Shown here one piece after another: positions 21,049 through 33,392 of a stretch of 64,000 nt of DNA; positions within the stretch are counted from its first letter, which is position 1; each line of letters opens with the position of its first letter. The DNA is from the human T2T-CHM13v2.0 reference genome, Homo sapiens. The position numbers and the translations under genes are program-made. Below the pieces are notes generated by a model, which did not search any database, was not told the origin of the DNA, and worked only from the letters and a program-made list of their open reading frames with translations. The stretch is taken from NCBI RefSeq assembly GCF_009914755.1, contig NC_060929.1; one strand, 5' to 3'.

Positions 21049-22073
21049 CCAAGGAACTGTTATTTAAAAATATTTATTAATTTTTGACATACTTCTTGCA
21101 TTATTTATACATCATGAGTAATTTTAAAATAATGGTTTGACAATAATTTACTTTATGTTTATTAAGTTAATGCTAATCATAATCATTTAATATGACATTT
21201 TTGTGGGAATTTATATAACCCAAATTATATTTGAGTATAATACATTAATATTAATGTGCATCATTTAGAATTACGTGATCAAATTAAGCTCATTCCCAGA
21301 ACTTTATATTTATGTTCCTCAATTACAGTAGCCATGTAATATATCATTGTGACTATTACACAGAGTACTATATAAATCTTGCATTATCTGATTGCAGTGA
21401 TATTACTATTATTCTTGGAAGTCTTCAATCATTCATAAAAGGCTATCTTCAGATGACCTAAGGTAAAAGTTTGCTTCTTTTCTCCTCTTTAAAGCCAATA
21501 ACCAAACTGAGGGAAAGCAAGAATAAGAGAAAAGAGGAGTGGATACCACAGGAAGAATGCACTCTCAGAAACTCATTAGGGGCTGACATTCATTGAAGAC
21601 AAATCAATGAAGAAAATTAGAAAAATAGCTCTTACCTCCTCTGGAGTATTTGAAATTAGTTAATAGCAAATACCTTACTAAGGTATTTAAACCATAGGTT
21701 CTCAGGCTTAATTATGAAAACCAAATATCTCAAAGATTATTGAAATATAATTTGCTGGGATCTACCTTGAATATTCTGATTCTTTAAACATGGCAAACTA
21801 CCTAGGTATTTGAAATCATGCTCTCTGGGGAAGACATATGAGATTTGATAAAGATGTATAAAATAAATAATAAACAACTCCCAGTGACACCAATGTTCTA
21901 CTTATTAGGTTACCGTATTCTAACCCAATAGGTTCTCTGATATTTGAGACCCCAAATTCTAGTTTTTTTTTTTAAAAAAAAAAAACAATTTCACATATCT
22001 CTAGCTTTATGTAATGTTATAAAACATACATTTATTTTAAAATTTGAAAAAAGAACCATGGACATCTATCTAG

Positions 22074-22236
22074 TGATATGGAAGTGGGACAGACAAGTGC
22101 TGGAGGAGAAAGGTGGGTCCCTGGTGAGGGCTCCATCCCGGGGCCTGTGCCCACAGACCAAGGTGAGACAGGCACTCCTGCCTTTGTGCCAAATGTTGCG
22201 TTTCCCAAGACGACCCTGGCCTACCATGCCCCCCTT
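22074..22236 (+). mobile_element. ERV1 LTR 5' fragment (LTR1/MER52 family), truncated
   Basis: tgatatggaagtggg…gtccctggtgagggctcca…gggcctgtgcccacagacc…aaatgttgcgtttcccaagac; ends abruptly after about 165 bp. Confidence 0.7.
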
Positions 22237-22547
22237 ATAATACAAAGGTCATAATTAAGCCTAACATAATACAACTATCCTTCATACAACCGGGACACAC
22301 CAAATACATTTCCAACCCAAATACTACTACATGAAGTTAACAATACTTAAATGCTGATGTGAAGGCAATAAATCTTATTTCATATGATAAAGGAGAAAGG
22401 AAATAAAATGAAGTTTTTTTAAGTACAAGTGTATACATGCACAAACATATTTTTAACAAAAGAAGGAGGAAATACTTATGACAGTTACAGTTCCCGCAGC
22501 TAGTCACATGGTCATAGCTGCTATTGATGACTATCTTCTTCTACTAC

Positions 22548-23078
22548 TCATTCTGTATTCCCTTTGCCTTCAGCAAGCACCTCAGCAGGCTGTGGTGTTT
22601 TTCCTGGTGGAGTAGCCCAAATCTTCATTCCTGAAGGGTCTGGGTCGTTTGCAGTCCTACCTGGATTGAGCTGTTGTAGTTTCCCATTGACCTTAATCAC
22701 AGGACATGGTAATATTAACAGATGCCCTAATGGATCTCCTATATTCCATGAATACTCTTCCTTACCTCCACTGTGGAGTAGTAAACTGATTTCATCTTGA
22801 TACTTAGGGTCAGTCACTCCAAATACCTTCTTAGCCTGTTGATTGAAAGGTAGGAGGAGGAAGTATCCAGGTGGCAATCTTAACGTCCAGTTTAATGGAA
22901 TCATTGTTGTGTCTCCTGGTGGCAACGTTCCCCACTCTGGAACAAAAACCTCCAGGCCAGCAGAATGTAATGTCATGGGAACAGGAAGCAAAAATTTTAC
23001 TAGCAGATCACTATGGGTGATGGTGAGTGGTGCCACTTCCACTTCCACACCTCGATTTCTGGACCCATGAATCTTCAT
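22548..23078 (-). pseudogene. HERV-L integrase tail / dUTPase remnant
   Basis: 176-aa ORF with SAGLEV…LPPGDTTMIPLNW…LPPG…GVTDPKYQDEI, the ERV-L dUTPase signature with degenerate motifs. Confidence 0.85.
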
Positions 23079-23079
23079 T

Positions 23080-25920
23080 TACGGGAGAAAGAGTACCATA
23101 TATTGGATGCTCATTCAGAGCATACAGGGCCTTCTGGAGAACTTTATCTCAGCCCTGCAAAGTTTTGTCACCTAGTTGGCATTGTAATTGTGACTTCAAA
23201 AGGTCATTCCACTGTTCTATCAATCCAGCTGCTTCAGGATAATAGGGAACATAGTAAAACCAGTGAATTTCATGAGCATGAGCCCACTGCTGCACTTCTT
23301 TAGCTGTAAAGTGAGTGCCTTGGTCAGAGGCAATGCTGTGTTGAATACCATGATGGTGGATGAGGCATCCCATGAGTCCACGGATGGTAGTCTTGTCAGA
23401 AGCATTGCATGCAGGAAATGCAAACCCATATCCGGAGTAACTGTCTATTCCAGTGAGGACAAACTTCTGCCCTTTCCATGATGGAAGAGGTTCAATATCA
23501 TCAACCTGCCGCCAGGTAGTTCACTAATCACCTCGAGGAATGTTGCCATATCAAGGGCTCAGTGTTGGTCTCTGCTGCTGGAAAATTGGGCACTCAGCAG
23601 AGGCCATAGCCAGGTGAGACTTGGTGAGTGGAAGTCCATGTTGCTGAGTCCATGCGTCACCTCCATCCCTGCCATCATGACCACTTTGTTCATGGGCCCA
23701 TTGGGTGATGACAGAGGTGCTTGGGAAAAGAGGCTATGTGGTGTCCACAGATGGGTTATCCTATCCACTTGATTATTAAAATTCTCCTCTGCTGAGGTCA
23801 CCCATTGGTAAGCACTGACATGGGATACAAATATCTTCACAGTTTTGACCACTCATTGAGGTTCAGCCACATGCCTCTTCCCCAAATTTCTTTGTCACCA
23901 ATTTTCCAATCATCATTCTTCCAAGTCCCTGACCATCTAGCCAAACCATTGGCCACAGCCCATTAATCAGTATATAATCAGACATCTGGCCATTTATTTT
24001 TCCATGCAAAGTGCACAGTCAGGTGCACTCCTCGAAGTTCTGCCCACTGAGAAGATTTCCCTTCACTGCTGTCCTTCAGGGATGTGCTAGAGAGGGACTG
24101 TAGTGCCACCGCTGTCCATTTTTGAGTGTTGTCTGAATATCGTGCAGACTCATCTGTGAACCAGGCTCTGGTCTTCTCTTCCTCTGTCAATGTATCATAG
24201 GAAACTACCCATGAGGTCATTGGTGCAGGCTGGGGGAGAGAGGCCAGGGTGGAAGGGGTGGAGACCATGGGCATTCGATCCACTTCCTCATGTAACTTAC
24301 TTGTGCCTTCAGGTCCTGCTCGAGTCCAGTCACGTATATACCACTTTTATTTGATGATGGAATGCTGCTGTGCAAAACCCACTTTATAGCTAGATGGGTT
24401 GGAAAATACCCAGTTTATGATAGATAGTTCGGGTCACATGGTGACTTGATGACCTATAGTCAAACGTTCATTATCCACCAAAGCCCAGTAACTGGCCAAA
24501 AGCTGACTTTCAAAAGGAGAGTAGCGATCTGCAGAAGATGGCAGGGTCTTGCTCCTAAATCCTAGAGGCGTCTGCTGTGATTCACTTATGGGGGCCCACC
24601 AAAGGCTCCAAACAGCATACCTATATTTCACTGACATCTTAAGCACCATTGGATCTGCTGGATCATGTGGCCCAAGTGGCAGAGAAGTTTGCACAGCAGC
24701 CTGGACCTGTTGCAGAGCCTTCTCCTGTTCTGGACCCCACTCAAAACTGGCAGCCTTTCAGGTCACTCAATAAATAGGTCAGAGTAACACAACTAAATAG
24801 GCCCACTAGGAATCGTACCTCTTTCATGGTTGTAGGATGGGCCAAATGCAGCAACCTATCCTTCACCTTAGAAGGAATATTTCCACAGGTCCCACACCAC
24901 TGAACCCCTAGAAATCTTACTGAGATAGAAGGTCTGTAAATTTTAGTTGGATTTATTTTCCATCCTCTGGCACGCAAATGTCTCACAAATAAGTCCAGTG
25001 AGTTTGTTACTGCTTGCTCACTGGACCTAATCAGCATAATGTCATCAATGTAACAGACCAGTGTGATATCTCATGGAAGCGAAAATCTATCAAAGTGTTT
25101 CCAAACAAGATTATGACACAAAGCCAGATAATTTATCTACCACTGAGGTGGTACAGTAAAAATATATTGCTGTCCTTGACAGCTGAAGGCAAATTGTTTC
25201 TGGTGGGCCTTATGGACAGGAATGGAGAAAAAGGCATTTGCCGACTCAGTGGCTGCATACCAGCTACCAAGAGATGTGTTAATTTGCTCAAGCAATGAAA
25301 CCACATCTGCAGCTACAATTGGAGTCACCACTTGGTTAAGCTTACAAGAATCCACTCTCCTTCTCCAAGGTCCATCTGTCTTCTGCACAGGCCAAATGGG
25401 AGAGTTGAACGGGTATGTAGTGGGATTCATGACCTCTGCATCTTTCAAGTCCTTTATGGTGGCACACTAATCTCCACAATCCCTGCAGGGATGCAATATT
25501 GTTTTTGATTTATAAATTCCTAGGTAGAGGCAGCTCTAATGGCTTCCATTTGGCCTTTCCCATCATAATAGCCGTCACCATACAAGTCAGGGAGCCAATG
25601 TGGGGGTTCTGCCAACTGCTAAGTATGTCTATGTCAATTATGCATTCTGGCACTGGGAAAATGTCTACAGGATGAGTCCAGGGAACCACTGGAACCACTA
25701 TAAGTGGGACCTAAGCAAAAATTCCATTAATTACCTGACCTCTATAAGCCTCTACTTTAACTGGAGGACCATATTAGGTTTTGGATCCCCTGGAATCAAT
25801 ATCAGATCAGAGCCAGAGTCCAGTAGTATCCAAAATGTCTGATTATTTCCCTTTCCCCAGTGCACAATTACCCTTGTGAAAGGACAGTAGTCTCCTTGGG
25901 GAAGAATGAGTGAAAGATTC
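23080..25920 (-). pseudogene. HERV-L pro-pol remnant (protease, RT, RNase H, integrase), multiple stops and frameshifts
   Basis: LLDSGS protease motif near 25815; FNSPIWPVQKTDG, YIDD, AWFTDESA, SDQGTHF and AAGLIEQWN motifs spread over different frames. Confidence 0.9.
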
Positions 25921-26035
25921 ACTGCATAAATTGTTGGTATTCAGTGGTGTCCTACTTCAAGGGGACCCGACCTCCCCTTCACTCAAGGGGTTCTGGGTCT
26001 GTAAACTGGCTCAAGTCTGGAGACTGATTGAGGGG

Positions 26036-27731
26036 CTATGATTCTCTCTTTTTACAATTTGAATTAGTTTTCTGTCCATTTGACCTAGAAGTTTTCTGCT
26101 TGTATAAATTAAGTAGGAATGCAGTAGGCTTCCTATCAATTTCATTTCTAGGAACCCCATGGTTAGTTAGCCAATGCCAGATCTCTACACAAGTAAGAGT
26201 ATTCTGATTGCTGCTTTGTCTCTGCTGTTTGTCCATTACAGTATCTACGCCCACCTTGCCTTTGACGGTTGAGTGCTGCCATTTGGCCCCTGCCATCCTG
26301 GAATCAAATTATTCCCATTGTATTTTACATTTTTTAGTTGAGTGACTGCAGTTCCTACCATTAGATCTGACATACAGAAAAAAGCAATTACAGGGCTCTT
26401 CAAAGACGCAGGTACCGCCCTCACAAATCTATTTCACAAGGCATTGGTCAAGGGTATATCTTCTGGACCCTCCCAGCTTGGATGAGTAGTTTTAAAGTGA
26501 CTAATCGACTCCACCAGCTTAATCTTCCTAAGTCTTTGGATCCCTTTCTCTACATTAAACCAAGGGAGATCAGATATTCTCAGCTCACTCACAGTGTGCC
26601 ATCTTTTAATCCATATTTCAGCTAAAAAAGCAAATAAACTATTAGAACCTTTGTTAACTCCCTGAGCTGCAATATTAAATTCCAAGTCCCTACTTAGTGA
26701 CCCCAAATCAATAAATTCAGCCTGATTCAATTCCGTATTCCTTCTACCATTCTCCCACACCCTTAATGTCCATTCCCATGCCTTTTCTTCAGATTTCTGC
26801 TTATATAAATTAAAGAACTCAAGCAGTTCTTTTCGAGCGTAGTGCACCTCCTCATGGATCACACTCTCAACTTCACCTCTAAGGGCCCGCTGTAACTTTA
26901 GTCTAGTTAGAGGTCTAGAAGCAAACATGGGTGTTGGAGGTGGCTCCTGAAGAGAATCAATGTTATCTTGCCTGGCAACTGCCTTGGGGGAGGCCATCAC
27001 TGTTGCCTCAGGCAGGGCAGGATTTATCTCCTCAGACAAAGGTGAAAAGGCGAATGGCAGCATGGGTCAGGCAGGTGATGTGGCCACTACTGGAGATGGG
27101 GCAGCTGTTTCTTTTGGCAAAAAAGGTCTATCAGAGTTTACAAGCTCAGTGTCCTCAACTTTACTAGGGTCTCGCCACATGTCTGCATTCCATTCCAAGT
27201 TGCAGGGTTTCATTCTTTTCCAGTAATACTCTCACTTCAACAGTAGCCACCTGGCGAGGCTGTGCAGGCACCTTTCATTGCAGGTCAGCCACTCTCATGA
27301 CAAGAACTTGTGTCTGTTTTTCTACAATTCCAGCTCTTTCTCTACAGGAGATATGACTCTCACTCAGGGCAGTCTTAGCAGATTTGAGGCTCAGTATCTG
27401 CTTCTGAAGGTGGGAGATAGAATCCCTGAGTTCGTCATTTTCTTTCATCACTTTGTCCACTGAATTTAGGAGCAACTAACCAGCTTCATTATGTGTGTTG
27501 GTTCTCCAACTATCTTCAAAGTTATTATGTATAGTCACTAAACTCCGTGCCCCTCATGAACAGTGAACCAGGAGTGTCAAATGCATTTGTTTTGCAAAAC
27601 TCTCTAAACAGTTTCTGCCAAGGACTATCAGTGCTCTTCATAATATTAGAAGTAGAGTCCTTAGCATTTTGGGGTCTAATCATATTAAGCAACCAACTGT
27701 AGAAACCCCAAAACCAATGAAAGAATTCCAT
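26036..27731 (-). pseudogene. HERV-L gag remnant, frameshifted
   Basis: ORF pieces 27525-27731, 27275-27475, 26434-27063 (…YKQKSEEKAWEWTLRVWENG…) and 26036-26296. Confidence 0.85.
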
Positions 27732-27750
27732 TCTTACTCTTCTGTTGCTC

Positions 27751-27770
27751 TAGAATCACTCCTGGTACCA
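27751..27770 (-). promoter_or_regulatory. HERV-L primer-binding site region
   Basis: Minus strand reads TGGTACCAGGAGTGATTCTA a few bases after the 5' LTR end, the ERV-L PBS position. Confidence 0.7.
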
Positions 27771-27775
27771 AAATT

Positions 27776-28049
27776 CGTATTAGTCACGGTTCTCTAGAGG
27801 GATAGAACTAATAGAATATAATATATATAATATGTATATTCTATATAGAGGGAGATTTTATATATATTATATATAACAGATTATATATTATATAATTATA
27901 TATAAATATATTATAATTATATATTAATATACTATATTATAATTATGTATTAATATAATATATTGTAATTGTATATTTAATATATAATATGTAATATAAA
28001 AATATATTATATTATATATTACATCATATATAATATATAACATATAATT

Positions 28050-28095
<46 letters not shown>

Positions 28096-28492
28096 TTAGA
28101 GAGAGAGAGGAGTTTATTAAGTATTAACTCACACAATCACAAGGTCCCACAATAAGCTGTCTGCAGGCTGAGGTGCATGGAGAACAAGTTGAGTTCCAAA
28201 GCTGAAGAAATTGGAGTTTGATGTTTGAGGGCAGGAAGCATCCAGCATGGGAGAAAGATGTTTGCTGGGAGGCTAGGCCTGTCTCTCTTTCCACATTTTT
28301 CTGCCTGTTTATATTCTAGCCATGCTGGTACCTGATTAGATTGTGCCCACCTGGATTAAGGGTAGGTCTGCCTTTCCCAGCCCACTGACTCAAAGGTAAA
28401 TTTCTTTTGGCAACACCCTCACAGACACATGCAGGATCAATACTTTGTATCATTCAATCCAATCAAGTTGACACTCAATGTTAACCATTACA
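27776..28492 (-). mobile_element. MLT2A (MLT2A1-like) 5' LTR of HERV-L
   Basis: gtattagtcacggttctctagaggga…gagtttattaagtattaactcacac…ttcaatccaatcaagttgacactc…ttaaccattaca; adjacent to the PBS. Confidence 0.92.
27812..28108. repeat. AT-rich low-complexity tract with (TG)n, (TA)n and (GA)n inside MLT2A
   Basis: About 300 bp of nearly pure A/T ending in (TG)n(TA)n(AG)n. Confidence 0.95.
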
Positions 28493-28865
28493 ACTATATT
28501 ATGCACCACAGGAAAAATAAAAAAAGTATTTTACTTAAAAAAACTAAACAAAATACTAAAAAGTGAGATAATCATTGTTCATATGGTTATATATTTGTCC
28601 ATAAATTTTCAGTATATTGATTTGCAAATAATTTGATTTTATTATACTTTTACTAACGTATCACTAAACATTATACCAAAAACATATATCTATGCTAGAA
28701 AAAGTTTGTCCCTACCTTAAATTAAACAGACTGCTATTTAATTTAGAAAAATTAAAAATCTAAAAACATATTCGATTTAAAAATAATTCCTATATTGCAT
28801 ATTGGTTGTGAAATATCATAAATTCTGACAGGTAAAACAGTTGTGTTTAAGCATTGGTCAACCCT

Positions 28866-28940
28866 TGTTTTTTGTTTTTTTTTTTTCTGGGACAAGCTCT
28901 TACCCTGCCGCCCAGGCTGGAGTGCAGTGGCGTGATCTCC
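28866..28940 (-). mobile_element. short 5'-truncated Alu (3' end only)
   Basis: Poly-T then gcccaggctggagtgcagtggcgtgatctc, then stops. Confidence 0.8.
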
Positions 28941-28965
28941 GAGGTTCCAGTGAACCCTATTTCTT

Positions 28966-29263
28966 TCTTTTTTTTTTTTTTTTGAGACGGAGTCTCGCTG
29001 TGTCGCCCAGGCTGGAGTGCAGTGGCCGATCTCGGCTCACTGCAAGCTCCGCCTCTCAGGTTTAAGCCATTCTCCTGCCTCAGCCTCCCGAGTAGCTGGG
29101 ACTAGAGGTGTCCGCCACCACGCCTGGCTAATTTTTTGTATTTTTAGTAGAGACTGGGTTTCACTGTGTTAGGCAGGATAGTCTCGATCTCCTGACCTCG
29201 TGATACGCCCGTCTCAGCCTCCCTAAATGCTAGGATTACAGGTGTGAGCCACCACGCCCGGCC
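28966..29263 (-). mobile_element. AluY
   Basis: Full length; exact 18-bp TSD cagtgaaccctatttctt at 28948-28965 and 29264-29281. Confidence 0.97.
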
Positions 29264-29282
29264 CAGTGAACCCTATTTCTTA

Positions 29283-29598
<316 letters not shown>

Positions 29599-29710
29599 GT
29601 TATAAAATGAGATCATTTTTCAACTACATTGACCTTAATAAGTGTAAATTGTTGACTGGATTAAAACAACACATAAGATATCCTTATCACATCAAGAATT
29701 TCATAGTACC

Positions 29711-29780
29711 AAATTATACCATATGTCTACCATAGTTTAACAAAAAAATTATACCATATGTCTACCATAGTTTAACAAAA
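29711..29780. repeat. perfect 35-bp tandem duplication
   Basis: aaattataccatatgtctaccatagtttaacaaaa repeated twice with no mismatch. Confidence 0.95.
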
Positions 29781-30496
29781 TCCATATGTTTGTGGTTATT
29801 TGGGTTTTTTCAGTTATTCTTATTTTGCACAATTCATATTTACCATAAATTTGAAGATTTATGAGTTCAGTTTTACAAATTACAAGTTATTCTCATGTTA
29901 ATCAAATTATTTCATTAGAGAGCAACTCTAGAAGTAGAAATGTTTGTCAAAATATATATATATATATCACATATTGATACATATTAATAAAATACTTTTC
30001 AGAAATTTTTTATAAAAACTTCTACCAAAAACATATAAGAACATGTATTTCTTTCTATCCTTATCAAAGCTTCTTACTACTAATATATATATATATTCCT
30101 ACTGCTTCTATATTATAATGTTATAATATATAAGTACTACTATGTTAATATTATATATATAAAATAATAAGTAGTACAAATATATATATATAATCCCAGT
30201 TAATTTAATGTTTTAACAAAAAGGTCACATTCTATTATAATTACATTTACTTATTAAAGTAAAAAAAATAACTACCATAACTCCACAGTCTAGAAGTCAT
30301 ATGCATTTATATTATGCATATATATGCATATATAATATATATTATAATATATAATATAAGTAGTACTACTTATATATATTTTCACATAATTACAGGTTAA
30401 ATTATTTTTTTATGATTAATCATGAAGAAACATCTTTTACATGTATATTTGATTTGTTTTTTGTGAATAATCTGTTCATGCTCTGATCATACACAC

Positions 30497-30620
30497 TGTG
30501 AAAGGAAAATAAATCTTGGAGCCCCAAAATCACTAAGCTAAAGGGGAAAGTCAAGCTGGGTACTGCTTAAGGCAAAATTGCTTCCCATTCTATTCAAACT
30601 CACTCCTCTTCTCACTGAGA
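30497..30620 (+). mobile_element. MER4A-family ERV1 LTR, 5' fragment
   Basis: tgtgaaaggaaaataaatcttgg…cactaagctaaagggg…tcaagctggg…cccattctattcaaa…ctcactgaga; truncated after about 125 bp. Confidence 0.85.
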
Positions 30621-31396
30621 AGACAGAGGCTTTCATGACTGACCGGTGCCCTTTCCTGATGTGACTGAGCTAGTATTTGTGATACAAGTCAAAGGTTTTC
30701 CCTCTATTTCCTCTCTTCTTCTCAAGCAGAAGGAAGGGGTCCTTTTTGGAGTCATGAGCTGTGGAACGTGGAGTTAGGGGAGGTGTGGCACCAGCACTCC
30801 CTTAGCTACCCCACCTGGTGTCTCAGTAGGCTGCACGTCCCCGAAGTCCCCAGGCTCTGAGCCCTGTTCAGCACTCCTGCAACCTTGGAGTTGCAGTCCT
30901 TGTGGCCTAGACTGCATTTCGAACTTATTGAGATCCCCAGAGCACTTTAGCCTGTGGTAGCGAAGCATGCAGGAACCTAGGTTCCAACTGCTGGGATGAG
31001 TGAGTCTTCTCTGTTTAGTACTGGGCTAAATGCTCCCTCTGTCTGCTGGCATTGGCTGAGTTTTTCCGGCTTTGCTTTCTTCTATAACAGAGCAGGACTG
31101 AGTTCAATGCACTGTCTCACAATTGCTGTGCTCTTCCTCTCCCAAGTAGCTCAGATTCTCTCTCTGCACCAAGCTGCCACTGCGGGGGGATAGAGGGGTG
31201 GTAGCAATTCAAGACTTTTTTCTACCTCCTCAGTGTCTCTTTCAGTGACATGAAGTTAAAACCAGGTACTGTGAATGCTCACGTAATTTTTGGTTCTTAT
31301 GAAAGTGCTTTTATGTGTAGATAGTTGTTAAATTGGTGTCTTTGTGAGGGGATGATCAGTGGAGGCTTCTATTTTGCCATCTTGCTCCACCTCCTC
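30621..31396 (-). mobile_element. L1M1/L1MA-type 5' UTR fragment
   Basis: Ends with the L1 5' terminus ccatcttgctccacctcc; contains ttcagtgacatgaagttaaaaccaggtactgtga and tggttcttatgaa, typical of L1M1 5' ends. Confidence 0.8.
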
Positions 31397-31418
31397 TTGA
31401 TAAGTTTTCTACCATGTG

Positions 31419-31841
31419 CAGGTGACTCTTGGACAACATAGGTTAGAGCTGCGTGGGTCCACTTACATACATATTTTCTTTCACTCTGCCACTCCAGATA
31501 TAGCAAGACAAACCCCTTTTCTTTCTTCTTCTCCTAAGATTCCTCAACATGAAAACAACAGGGTAAAGACCTTTAAAATGATCCATTTCCACTCAATGAA
31601 TATTAAATATATTTCATCTTATGAGTTTTTAAATAACATTTTCTTTTCTATAGCTTGTTTTATTGCATGAATACAGTATACAATATACAGAATTGGTTAA
31701 TCAACTATTTATGTTATTGCTAAAGCTTTCAGTCAACAGCAGGCTATTAGTAGTTAAGTTTTTTGAGAGGCAACGGTTATATGTGAATTTTAAACAGTGC
31801 AAGGGTCATCCCTAGACCTCATGTTGTCTAACGGTCAACTG
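31419..31841. mobile_element. Tigger2a DNA transposon
   Basis: TIRs caggtgactcttggacaaca and tgttgtctaacggtcaactg, TA at the right flank; about 425 bp. Confidence 0.88.
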
Positions 31842-31889
31842 TATATTAATTCTTAACTCTTTAAATGAAAAACTGAGTGCAAAACTTAA

Positions 31890-32108
<219 letters not shown>

Positions 32109-33217
32109 TGAGAAAACACGTGTAGAATCTAAATATTCCATTTTACTCTTTTGGCCAAGCATTCCTCTAGAGAGCATGCTTTACTCTATTATTTGAGCAG
32201 GGAATATAGGGCTCTTGGCCACAGAGGTGGTGAAACAAGCTTTCTGGTAGCATTCCGGGAGCTAGAAGATTTAGATTTCTGAGAAGCCCCACTGTTCACA
32301 GTTCAAGCATCTTTTCTCATCCCCTGGAGTGCAATGTGCCTCAGGCCCAGATATTGTATGTTTCAATTTTTTTTTAGGGAATAAAGCCTCCATCTCCGGC
32401 CTAGGTAAAAAAGAGGAATTGCAATTCTGAATACTTTATATACAGACTTCGAATAAATTCATTAATATTCATCCCATTTCTCACCTATGCATTTTGAGGT
32501 ACCCACCTCATACAATTTGGGAATATTTATTGGGTCCTACAGTGTGAAACAGCTTACATCACTTTTTTGTAGTAGATATTAAAGTACCTGATTGTTTCAC
32601 GACTCCATCATTTCAAATTTTCAAAAATTAACTGACATCATGAGTGTAGTTTTCTCCTTTTCTATTCTTTGTATCATTAAGACTACATTTTGGTATTTGT
32701 TTTTTTAATAGTCAAAACACAGGGCAGTGTACAAACAATGTGCTCAATCCATTTCATTTGTTAAGACTATCATCCAAACAGTTTAGTTGAGCATTTGGGT
32801 TTCTTTGTTTTTTCATTCTTTCCTTTCTTTTTTTCCTTTTCTGAATAGACAGGCTCATACAGACAGTTCTCACTGATAAATAGTTAATATATATTTTATG
32901 TTGTGACATCCCATATTCCTGGGTTTACCTGGAAATTTATTGTTATTATTACTGAAACTATTACTGACCTTTGTTTATGAAAATCAATTCTGGGTTTTCT
33001 AAAGCTGTATAGAATTTAAATTCTATTTATATGTAAATTAGATATAATTGCATTTGTATAAAATTTTTAAAAATATAAATAAAAGTATCAAATTAATAAT
33101 TTTTTCACAAAATATAAATATTTATACAAATAATTCATTCATAAAACATAAACCATAAACATTTTTGCATAGAACACAGTAAAAAGAAGTTGATTTCAAA
33201 CTTAATAATAACAGACA

Positions 33218-33392
33218 GGCTGGGCACTGTGGCTCACGCCTGTAATCCCAGCACTTTGGGAGGCCGACGCGGGCAGATCACTTGAGGTCGGGAGTTCGCG
33301 ACCAGCCTGTCCAACGTGGAGAGGACCGCCCCCCCCCACCCCGCCCCCACAAAAAATACAAAAAAAAATAATTAAAAAATAATAATAATAAT
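33218..33392 (+). mobile_element. Alu left monomer only (AluSq/Sp-like), with C-run and (AAT)n tail
   Basis: ggctgggc…gaggtcgggagttcgcgaccagcctg…tggaga; stops after the A5TACA linker. Confidence 0.88.

Larger units (their letters stand above)
22237..27775 (-). mobile_element. HERV-L internal region (gag-pro-pol-dUTPase), 3' end and 3' LTR missing
   Basis: Colinear minus-strand ORF fragments with ERV-L gag, protease, RT (YIDD near 25050), RNase H, integrase (SDQGTHFTA) and dUTPase motifs; begins directly after the MLT2A LTR. Confidence 0.95.

Noticed and set aside
21668-21688. 10-bp inverted repeat aaatacctta-c-taaggtattt
   Set aside because: Short, AT-rich and isolated; plausible by chance in 64 kb.
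22548-23078. Functional HERV-L dUTPase
   Set aside because: Compared with the recalled ERV-L consensus, motif 3 reads DPKY rather than DPDY and neighbouring residues are deleted; upstream pol is broken.
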